Source: Hypanus sabinus (lineage: Eukaryota). From it: 64,000 nucleotides of DNA. The stretch spans positions 11,594,001-11,658,000 of the forward strand of contig NC_082712.1 of the NCBI RefSeq assembly GCF_030144855.1, read 5' to 3'. A program made the position numbers and the translations under genes. Positions 40,416 through 50,742 of this stretch are shown here, piece after piece; within the stretch, counting starts at the first letter, position 1; every line of letters starts with the position of its first letter. A model generated the notes under the pieces. That model made no database searches. It was not told the origin of the DNA and was given only the letters and a program-made list of their open reading frames with translations.

Positions 40416-40805
40416 CTGGTCTGACCTGCAACCGGATCTCACTCTGGAACACATGTATAAATGGAGGTGTGACGTGCTCTCTGTAGGATGAATAATCATG
40501 CTTCATGTTCCTGAACTCAGCCAGACACAGGTAGCTGTGACTGTCCTCCACTCTCAGCTGGTTTATCCTGATCCAGGCGCTTCCCAGCTCTGGGTCCTCG
40601 ACGAGCTCGTACCGAGTCACTCCGTTTTCCGCTGCCCACGATCCATTTCCATGGTGCCTGAATGTGACGATGATTCGGTAGGGATCCTTCCTCATCCACG
40701 TCACCGTGTGTGCGGTGAGGCTCTGCTGAGGCCGTGTGAACACACAGGGTAACGTGGCCGAAGCTCCCTCAGTTCCAGTCATCACAGAGACACTCTCATT
40801 GGGAG
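40416..40805 (-). CDS. Exon 3: second V-set Ig domain, intact (130 codons)
   Basis: Acceptor gtccttccctcag| at 40806, donor CAG|GTAAGA at 40415, phase 1-1, 390 nt with no stops. Contains GASATLPC, TVTW, RYEL, AWIRINQLRVEDSHSYLC and IRLQV. Confidence 0.9.
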
Positions 40806-41099
40806 CTGAGGGAAGGACAGGTGCCAGAATAAATCGGTTAACCCTCAGCAAAAACGTTTAACACTGACAAAATTTCCAGCCAACAAAATAATAAAAACTC
40901 CCCACAGCACCCTCCTGAATGAAAACGGCCCCACATGTGTCTCACTCATTAAAAACCATTCAAACTAGGGAAACTCTTTAGAACATAAATCAGTCCCATC
41001 GGGCAGGAGATAAAGAAGCCTAAATCTCACACCACCACGTTCAGGAACAGCTAATTCCCTTCAGACATTCAGTTGTTGAAGCAATTGACACCATCACTA

Positions 41100-41425
41100 A
41101 TCAGTGGAGTGTAACAACACCAATCAGTACAGTCTAACAACAACGACCAGTACAGTGTAACACTGGCCATTACAGGGAAACAGCACAAATCAATACACTG
41201 CAGCAACACCAATCAGTACAGTGTAACAACACTGATCTGTACAGTGTGATATCACTAATCAGTACAGTGTGACAACACAATCACCACAATGAAACAACAC
41301 CAGTCAGTATTGTTTAACAACACTAGTCACTGTACTGAAACAACACTAATCAATACAGAGTAATAATACTGATCAATACAGTATAACAACACCAGTCAGT
41401 CCTGTGTAATGGCATTAGTCACTAA
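41100..41425. repeat. Degenerate ~22-24 bp CA-rich minisatellite (cagtacagtgtaacaacacyaat)
   Basis: More than 10 imperfect tandem units visible. Confidence 0.75.
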
Positions 41426-41605
41426 CCTATTAACGTAGCTGAGGGAATATTTTGCATTATGAGCTGTGTGTGATGTGAGACTGTAGATGTTTTCTGGGTG
41501 CACCGTGATCCAGAGGAACACTGTTACATTTTGTTGTGGAGATGTACACTCAGACGACAATGGACATGATCTTCATCTGTACTTCATCTTCATCTGTATC
41601 TTCAT

Positions 41606-41862
41606 CTACACTGAACCCACTCCAGTGTGATACTTACCGTACTGAAAGTGTTCAACACCCTGAGCTGGTGTGTTTGACAGGGAATCCTACAGTGAACCCA
41701 CTCCAGTGTAATACTTACTGTACTGAAACTGTTCAACAGCCTGAGCTGGTGTGTTCGAGAAGGAATTCTACACTGAGCCCTCTCCAGTGTAATACTTACT
41801 GTACTGAAAGTGTTCTACAACCTGAGCTGGTGTGTTTGAGAAGGAATTCTACAGTGAACCCT
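41606..41862. repeat. 81-bp tandem repeat, 3.2 copies
   Basis: Units start at 41606, 41687, 41768 and 41849 (ctacastgaaccc..ccagtgtratacttac..ctgagctggtgtgtt..ggaat). Confidence 0.9.
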
Positions 41863-41924
41863 GCTTTCTACAAAGATAGTGCACTGAGCTGTTTACTGTT
41901 TACCTGTGCTGCAAACTACATGCA

Positions 41925-44235
41925 TTCTTAAAAAGTAGGGGTCCCAGGACAGATCCTTGTGGCACTCCACTACTCACCGACCTCCAGGCAGAATACTTTC
42001 CTTCCACTACGACCCTCTGCTTTCTTCCTGTAAACCAATTTTTTATCCAAACAGCTAAGGTTCCATTGATTCCATGCCTCATGACTTTCTGGATGAGTCT
42101 CTCATGGGGGACCTTGACAAATGCTTTGATAAAATCCATGTAGACCACATCTACTGCCCTACCCTCATCAATTTCTTTTGTTACCTCTTCAAAAAACTCA
42201 GTCAGGCTGGTGAGGCACAACCTTCCCTTCACAAAGCCATGTTGACTATCCTTGAGCAGACTGCACTTCTCCAAATGCTCATAGATCCTATCCTTAAGAA
42301 TCCTTTCCAATAGTTTTCAGAGCACCGACGTAAGACTCACCAGTCTCTAGTTCACAGGATTCTCCCTATTAACATTTTTAAACAAGGGGAGCTACATTTG
42401 CCATTCTCCAATCCTCCAGCACCTCCCCTGCAGCCAAAGAGGATTCAAAGATCATATCTACTGTTCCAGTGATTTCTTCTCTCACCTCCCACAGCAACCT
42501 GGGGTATATCACATCCAGTCCTGGGGACTTATCAATTTTGATGTTTTTAAGAAGATCCAATATTTCTTCCTTAATCTCCACATTGTCCAGTGCACAGACC
42601 TGCTCTATTTCGATCTCACCCTGATCAAGGTCCTTTTCACTTGTCAATACTGAAGCAAAGTATTCATTTAGGACCTCCCCAACCTCCTGCGCCTCCAAGC
42701 ACATATTGCCCTCCTTATCCTTTAGTGGCCCCACCTTTGTTCTATTCATCCTTCTGTTCTTCACATACGTGTAGAACGCCTTGGGGTTCTCCTTAATCCG
42801 ACATGCCAAGACTTAGAGCTCTCCTCAGTCCTTTCTTAAGCACCTTCCTGGCTACCGTATATTTCTCATGAGCCCTTCCTGTTTCCTGCTTCTTATATCT
42901 AACATATGCTTCCTTCTTCCTCTGGACGAGTTGCCTCACGTGTTTTGTCAGCCATGGTTCCCTTTTCCTATCATTTTAAACTTGTCTCAGCGGGACAAAC
43001 CTATCCTGAACACAGCACAAGTGGTCCCTAAACTTCTCCCACATTACTTCTGTGTTTTCACCCTTGAACATCTGTTTCCAATTTACTCTCGCTAGTTCCT
43101 GCCTCATCCCTTCATTGTTAGCCCTTCCCCAGTTAAGCACTTTCCCATTTTGTCAGTTTTTATCCTTTTCCATAGCTATGCTGAAGCTGAGGGAGTTGTG
43201 GTCAATCTCACCAAATGCTCCCCCACCAAGAGGTCTGTCACCAGACCAGGTTCATTACCCAGAACTAGATCCAGTATGGCCTCTCCTCTCGTCGGCCAGT
43301 CCACATATTGTGTCAGGAATCCTTCTTGAACACACCTGACAAATTCAGCCCCATCTATCCCCCTTGCAGTTGGGTGATGCCAGTCAATGTGTGGGAAGTT
43401 GAAATCACCCATAACTACAACCCTGTATTTCCTGCACCATTCTAAAATCTGCCTGCTTATCTGCTCCTCGGTGTCCCGAGGGCTATTTGGGGGCCTATAG
43501 ACTACTCCCAGCACAGCGATTGATCCCTTCCTATTTCTGACTTCCACCCAGACCAACTCAGTGGACATTCCCTCTGCAGCGTCCTCCCTTTCTATAGCCG
43601 TGATACTATCCCTGACCAGTAATGCTACTCATCTCCCCCTTTCTACCTCCCATTCTGTTCCTTTTAAAACAGCTAAACCCTGGTACCTGCATTAGCCAAT
43701 CCTGTCCTTCCTCCAGCCAAGTTTCAGTAATGGCCACAACATCGTAGTTCCATGTACTGACCCATGCTCGAAGTTCATCCCCTTTATTCCTAATACTCCT
43801 AGCATTGAAATAGACACATTTCAACCCCTCTAACTATTATTCTTAAACTGTGGCCTCTTGTTCTGGACTCACCCATCAGCCAGAACATGCTTCCTGCCTC
43901 CAGCATGTCCAATCCCTTAATAATCTTATATGTCTCAATCAGATCCCCTCTCATCCTTCTAAATTCCAGTGTATACAAGCCCAGTCACTCCAATCTTTCA
44001 ACATATAACAGTCCCGTCATTCCGGGAATTAACCTTGTGAACCTACGCTGCACTCCCTCAATAGCAAGAATGTCCTTCTTCAAATTTGTAGACCAAAACT
44101 GCACACAGTACTTCAGGTGGGGTCTCACCAGGGCCCTGTACAACTGCAGAAGGACCTCTTTACTCCTATACTCAATTCCTCTTGTTATAAAAGCCAGCAT
44201 GTCATTAGCTTTCTTCACTGCCTACTGTACCTGCA
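41925..44235 (-). mobile_element. CR1 ORF2 fragments (endonuclease to RT) plus an adjacent CR1 3-prime piece
   Basis: NARSIRNK..VAITETWL, GDFNFPHIDW, DKSPGLD, VDVVYMDFIKAF, SGVPQGSVLGPLLF and YCVQFWS motifs. Confidence 0.9.
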
Positions 44236-44945
44236 TGCTTACTTTCATTGACTGATGTACAAGACACCTTGACGTTCTGTATCTGTGTACAGTCAGATGG
44301 CAATAAACTTGACCTTGATTGCTGCTTTTCTGATGCAACGCTCTGTGCCTGTGTTGCTGCGGCAACTGGATTTTCACTGCACCTGTGCAGACACGTAGGC
44401 AGACGTGCAATGAAAATCGTCCCTGCAGCAGCAAGTAAGTTCAGTTCCACTCACCTCATTACAGGAAGGATGAGGAAGCTTTCGTGAGGATGTAGAGGAG
44501 ATCTACCAGGATGCTGCCTGGACCAGAGAGGATGTTTAATGAGGAAAGGTTGAGCGAGCTGGAGACTTTCTCTTGGGAGTGAAGAAAGATGAGAGGTGAC
44601 TTGATAGAGGTGAACAAGATGATAAGAGGCATAATCGAGCAGACAGCCAGAGACTTTTCCTGGAAAGTATTGGGGGGATGTCAGAGGTCAGGGGCAGGTT
44701 CATTACACACAGAGTGGAGGGTGTGTAGAACAGATGGAGTTCAACCCAGATAAGTGTGAAGTGATTCATTCTGGTAGGTCAAATTTGAATACAGAATATA
44801 TGAATGGTAAGACTGGTGGCAGTGTGGAGGATGAGCTGGATCTTGGGGACTCTGCACAGGTTGACAGTGGTGTTAAGAAGGTGTCTGGTGTACTGGCATT
44901 CATCAGCTGTGGGATTGAGTTCAAGAGCCCTGAGGTAATCTCTCT

Positions 44946-47900
44946 TTTTCAACAAACTATACCGAAGAGATTGACAGAGGAATACTTTGGGACTCTTTTA
45001 AGGCTTTTATTCATGGACAAATTATCTCATATTCTGCTGGGAAAAGAAAACAAAGATATTTAGATATAGCTTTATTGGTGGATAAAATTAAAGAAATTGA
45101 TAAGATTTATTCCGTTACTCCTACCAAGGAACTTTATAAGAAGAGAGTTGAGCTGCAAATGGAACATAGCTTACTGTTATCTTCTTCAATTGAGAATCAA
45201 TTAATTAAGACCAGGGCTCAATTTTATATTCATAGTGATCGAACTGGTAAATTGTTAGCTAATCAATTAAAAGCTATTTCGACTAAGCGACAAATTATTA
45301 AAATTTGTAAACAAGACGGTAATCTGACTACTGATCATAAAGAAATTAATAATACTTTCCAAGATTTTTATAAATCTTTATATCAATCAGAATTTGATGG
45401 TGATATGTCTATGATGGATAATTTTTTTAACAATTTGAATATTCCCAAACTGACAGATGAAGATCGAAGTTTATTTGATGCTCCTATTTCTATGGCGGAG
45501 GTAGGAGAAGCTATTTCATCGATGAATTCAGGGAAAGCTCCTGGCCCCGATGGTTATATTATAGAATTTTTTAAAACTTTTTCTTCTTTGCTTTCCCCTT
45601 GGTTATGTGAAATCTTTAATGATGCATTTATTAAGAAGAGACTACCCCAGTCTTTTTATGAAGCTACTATTTCTTTAATTCTTAAAAAAGATAAAGATCC
45701 TACTTTATGTGCATCTTATCGCCCTATATCGTTACTAAATGTAGACTCTAAGATTCTTACAAAAATTTTAGCTGTTAGGTTAGAAAAGGTACTATCACAG
45801 ATTATTTCAGGAGATCAAACTGGTTTCATTAGGAACCGATACTCCTTTTTTAATGTTAGAAAATTGATCAATATAATTTACACTTCCTCACCCACAACCC
45901 CAGAATGTGTTATTTCATTAGATGCTGAAAAAGCTTTTGATAGAGTTGAATGGATATACTTATTTAATGCCTTGAAACATTTTAACTTTAGTTCTAATTT
46001 TATATCATGGATTAAATTAATATATTATAAACCTGTTGCTTCTGTCCTTACGAATAATTATAGATCCTCTTTTTTTCAATTATCTCGTGGTACGAGACAA
46101 GGTTGTCCCTTAAGTCCTTTATTATTTAATATTGCATTAGAACCTTTAGCCATTGCTATTCGTGAATCCCCTAATATTTTTGGTATTACCCGTAATGAGA
46201 AATTATACAAGTTATCGCTCTATGCTGATGACTTGTTGTTATATATTTCTGATCCTGATAATTCTATTCCCGCTATTCTATCCTTGTTGGTTCAATTTGG
46301 TAGTTTTTCTGGTTACAAATTAAATTTGGATAAGAGTGAACTCTTCCCTTTAAATGCACAAACTTTACTGAATGACAGGATACCATTTAAAATTGTTACT
46401 GACAATTTTATTTATTTAGGTATAAAAATTACCAAGAAATATAAAGATTTATTCAGATTGAATTTTTTACCTATGCTTCATCAAATTCAACAACTTACTA
46501 CTAGATGGTCTCCTTTATCCTTATCATTGTTTGGTCGGATCAATGCTGTTAAAATGATGATTTTACCGAAATTTTTATATTTATTTCAAGCCTTACCAAT
46601 TTTTATTCCTAAGTCTTTTTTTGTTAGCATTGATTCAAAAATTTCCTCATTTGTGTGGCAAAATAAAAACCCCAGATTAAGTAAAAGACAGTTACAGAAA
46701 TCTAAAAAAGATGGTGGTTTAGCTTTACCCAATTTTAGATTTTACTATTGGGCGAATAATATTCGGAATTTATTATACTGGAAATTAGATTTAGATTTAC
46801 CATTGTGCCCACAGTGGGTAAATTTAGAATGTAATGATACACAAGGATATTCTCTATTTTCTGTTCTTGGTTCTTCTCTCCCTGTTGATTTAGTTAAACT
46901 TAATAAACAGATATCTAACCCTATTGTCAAACATACATACGAATTTGGTTTCAATTTCATAAATTTTTTACTCTAAAAAACTTCGTTCTTGATAGCCCTA
47001 TCTTAATTTTTTCTTTAAACCTTCTTTAATAGATCAAGCTTTTAGCATATGGAAAAGGAAAGGTATAATATGTTTTCGTGATCTTTTTTCTGAAGGTAGT
47101 TTGATGTCTTTTGATCAACTTTCTAACAAATTTAAATTACCTAAATCTAATTTTTTTAGATATTTACAAATTAGAAACTTTTTGCATAAAGTTTTACCAT
47201 CCTTTCCTAATTCAACTTTGATAGATTTTTCAGATATGATTTTTACTTTAAATCCCTGTCAGAAGAGATTAGTGGCTCTTATTTATAATATGATTATGAA
47301 AATACAACCAGAGGTATCGGGTAGAATTAAACAGGAATGGGAAAAAGAACTTCAATACAATATTTCAACGGAAAAATGGGAAAAAATTTTACAAATGGTT
47401 AATTCTTCTTCTATATGTGCTAAACATGCTTTAATACAATTTAAGGTTGTACATAGAGCTCATACGTCTAAAGATAAGCTTGCTCGGTTTTATTCTCATG
47501 TTAACCCTCAATGTGACAGATGTCATTTAGATGTGGCTTCATTGACCCACATGTTTTGGTCATGTCCTACTTTACATAATTATTGGAAGGACATATTTGC
47601 TACCATTTCCTCAATTTGGAATATTGATTTACAACCTCATTTTATCACTGCAATTTTTGGTATACCAAATGAAGATGATAGTCGATTCTCCCCTTCAATT
47701 AGACGAATGATTGCCTTTGTAACATTAATGGCCAGGAGATCTATATTACAAAATTGGAAAGAAGTAAATCCTCCTACCACATTTCAGTGGTTCTCTCAAA
47801 CTATTTCTTGTTTAAGTTTAGAGAAAATTAGAAGTACTATTTTTGATTCATCAATTCAATTTGAAGAAACTTGGGGACCATTCATTCGACACTTTCATAT

Positions 47901-48274
47901 GAATTAATTTGGCTTCTTCCGGACCTTTATTCTTATTATTCTTGTTCTGGTATGGAGTTCCGGAGTTTTTTGACACTATCATATACATATAAACTATTAT
48001 TACTGCCCATGTTAGTTTAGTTTTTTTTCATTATTTTCTTAAATATACATTTTTTCTTGTATTTTATACTTTTTTTTCTTTTGATGATTATTTTTAATCT
48101 TTTTGATGTATAATCAATGTAGATTAGATTGATTATTGTACGATCTTTTTTCGCTGATAGTTTAATAAGATATTTTTATCTTGTTACTAATTTAATTTCA
48201 AATCTATTGTATTCATAACCTATTTAATATAATATTATGTTTTTTTTATAAAAACTAATAAAAAGATTGAAAAA
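44946..48274 (+). mobile_element. L1-clade LINE, 5-prime truncated, relatively young; 14-bp TSD
   Basis: Frame open from 44946 to 46976 (KAPGPDG, SLDAEKAFDRVEW, GTRQGCPLSP, YADD). C-terminal C..C..H..WSC in 47101..47907. T-rich 3-prime UTR with aataaa/A tail. TSD gaggtaatctctct at 44932-44945 and 48275-48288, inside a CR1 remnant. Confidence 0.95.
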
Positions 48275-48611
48275 GAGGTAATCTCTCTAGAGTAGGTTAC
48301 ATGGTCAGTACAGCATTGTGGGCCGAATGGCCTGTAATGTGCTGTAGATTTCTGTTTCTATATTCTCTGTAAGAGAGGATCACTGATCCTCCAGGTTCGG
48401 GGGTTCAGCTCAGGGTAACAACCCTGACGGGTAAAACAATGTTGTTATGGAAACTGCAATGGAGAATCCTTCGACATCTGAGTGTGACGGTATTCCTGAG
48501 TCCCACTCGGGAATTGTATGACTGACAGCAGTGAAAACCGAGAGGAAGCTACTGACACGATGAAGGAAGCCCTGAATGCTGCCAGAGATGGAGTGGGCAG
48601 CGTCACGTACA

Positions 48612-48728
48612 GGGGGGAGGGAGAGAGAGGGGAGAGGGAGGGGGAGAGGGAGGGGAGAGGGAGGGGGAGGGGAAGAGGGGGAGGGCGGAGAGTGGGAGGG
48701 GGGGGAGAGGGAGGGGAGAGGGAGAGAG
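48612..48728. repeat. G/A-rich polypurine low-complexity tract
   Basis: Runs of gggaggggagag. Confidence 0.9.
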
Positions 48729-49009
48729 ACTCTTAGAGACACGGATGATGTAAAAATGGAGGGCATGTGGGAGGCAAGGGGGAGAAATTGATCTTGGAGC
48801 AGGTTTAAGGGTCAGCACAACATTGTGGGCTGAAGGGCCTGTACAGTGCTGTTGTTCTATGTGCTAGTGCACATGACAATCACATCTATTTGACATGATC
48901 GTCCTGCAAAATATACTTGTACATTATGAATAAAATGAGCTTTCAGTGAGATGAAATGTGAAATGATTAGTGTAGTTTTACAACTCAATGCTTAAACATC
49001 GGTCCTCAC

Positions 49010-49394
49010 CTCCCACAGACAGATCTGTTAGAACCACCGTTTGAAAGCTGTCAACATTGAGCTCCACCCGGCACCGATACCAACCACCGTCACTCCGGTT
49101 CAGACGCTCCACCATTATCGAGGCATCTCTCCGACTGAGGTTCCCCACGAATCCGAACCGCCCTCCTCCAGCCTCCTGTGTCGTTGTATCGCACCCGGAG
49201 GGGCCGGAACCGGGATATGTGCAGTTAAACACCAGATTACCAGCACTTTGTTTCCCCTCTGTACCAGATCACGGAGCCGTTCAGGGCGACACCAGGAGGT
49301 GGGTGGGTGAAAGTATACGGTAACACGGCAGAGGCTCCTTCCACCGCAGAGACCACATCAGCGCCGGACATTGTCCAACCATTCATCGAATAGT
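49010..49394 (-). pseudogene. Exon 2: Siglec-15-like V-set Ig domain, disrupted (frameshift plus loss of B-strand Cys)
   Basis: Acceptor ctctgcag| at 49395, donor G|GTGAGG at 49009, phase 1-1, 385 nt (3n+1). ORFs 49237..49629 and 48978..49232 join to WTMSGADVVSAVEGASAVLP(Y)TFTHP..VIWYRGE..AGNLVFNC..GCDT..GRFGFVGNLSRRDASIMVERL..DGGWYRCRVE. This matches the SIGLEC15 V-set pattern as recalled (AVLPCTFTHP, VFxC..C pair, GRF..GN..R.D.S..VERL, YxCRVE). Confidence 0.85.
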
Positions 49395-49400
49395 CTGCAG

Positions 49401-49575
49401 AGAGAGATAGTGAGAGTGTATGTGAGTGAGTGAATGAGAGAGTCAGAGAGAGAGATAGTGAATGAGTGAGAGTGAGAGAGTGAATGAGAGAGAGTGAGAT
49501 AGAGAGAGACAGTGAAAGAGAGAGAGAGGAGGGAGAGAGAGAGTGAGTGAGAAATTGAGTGAGAGAGAGAGATAG
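49401..49575. repeat. (GA/GAGT)n microsatellite forming a long polypyrimidine tract directly upstream of the V1 acceptor on the minus strand
   Basis: agagag/gtgagt repeats abut ctgcag at 49395-49400. Confidence 0.9.
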
Positions 49576-50171
49576 AGGACGATATTTGAACAACAATCTG
49601 CTGAAGGAATTCAGCCGGTCGAGCTGCATCTGTGGGTGTGAAAAGACTTTGAAGTCTTGGTTTGCATCGGGACTGTTAGAGGAATGTCGAATGGCCAGAG
49701 GGAAAGGGGAAGTGAAACTGGAATCTGAGGTGATTGATGGACAGAGGAGGGGTGAGAGAGGAGTCAGAGGTGATAGAGGAGGGGTGGGACAGGATACTGA
49801 GGTGATTGATAGATTGAGGAGGGTGGGACAGGAGTATCAGGTGATTGAGGATTGAGGTGGGGTGAGACGGGTCTGAGGTGATTGAGGTGGGGTGTGAGGT
49901 TAAGGGCAGGTTGTGCTGGGTAGGGAGGGGAAGGGGGATGGGAGATGTGGTAAGTGGTGACAGATGGAGAAGAGGGAAGGAAAGGAGATTCAGATGGAGA
50001 GAGGTGATTGTAATCAGTTGTTTGAGGGAGGACCACCAAGGACTCACTCTCCAGCCTGATACTCTGAGATGAGAATGGGACCCACTGGGGGAGATGCGTC
50101 TGGCAGGTGGAACCGGGTCAAGCGTGGGGAAGGTGGGGAAAGTGGGTGAAAAATCTGGGAAACAGACATGG

Positions 50172-50742
50172 AGATTCACAAACCTGCCTGTCCAGGCAGA
50201 CCCATTGTCTCTGCTTGCTCCTGCCCCACTGAACTCATTTCTGCCTATCTCGACTCTGTTTTATCTCCCCTTGTTCAAACCCTTCCCACCTATGTCCGTG
50301 ATTCTTCCCATGCTTTACATCTCTTCAAAGATTTCAAGTTTCCTGGCCCCCACCACCTCATTTTCAACATGGACGTCCAGTCCCTATATACCTCTATCCC
50401 CCACCAGGAAGGTCTCCGAGCTCTCCGTTTCTTCCTGGATTCCAGACCCAGTCAGTCACCCTCTACCACCACTCTTCTCCACCTTGCGGAATTAGTCGTC
50501 ACGCTTAACAATTTCTCCTTGGCTCCTCCCACTTCCCCCAAACTAAAGGTGTAGCCATGGGCACCCGCATGGGTCCTAGCTATGCCTGCCTTTTTGTCGG
50601 CCATGTGGAGCAATCTATGTTCCAAGCCTACACCGGTATCTGTCCTCCTCTTTTCTTACGTTATATCGACGACTGCATCGGCGCTGCTTCCTGCACACAT
50701 GCTGAGCTCGTCGACTTCATTAACTTCACCTCCAACTTTACA
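50172..50742 (+). mobile_element. Penelope-like RT internal fragment
   Basis: IHKPACPGRPIVS, MDVQSLYTSIPH, MGTRMGPSYA, FLRYIDDCIG. Confidence 0.9.

Noticed and set aside
41536-41931. 131-aa ORF with 27-aa Cys-containing repeats; CRISPR-like or repeat-protein appearance
   Set aside because: It is the translation of an 81-bp tandem repeat with no unique spacers. It has a non-ATG start and no splice context on the plus strand.
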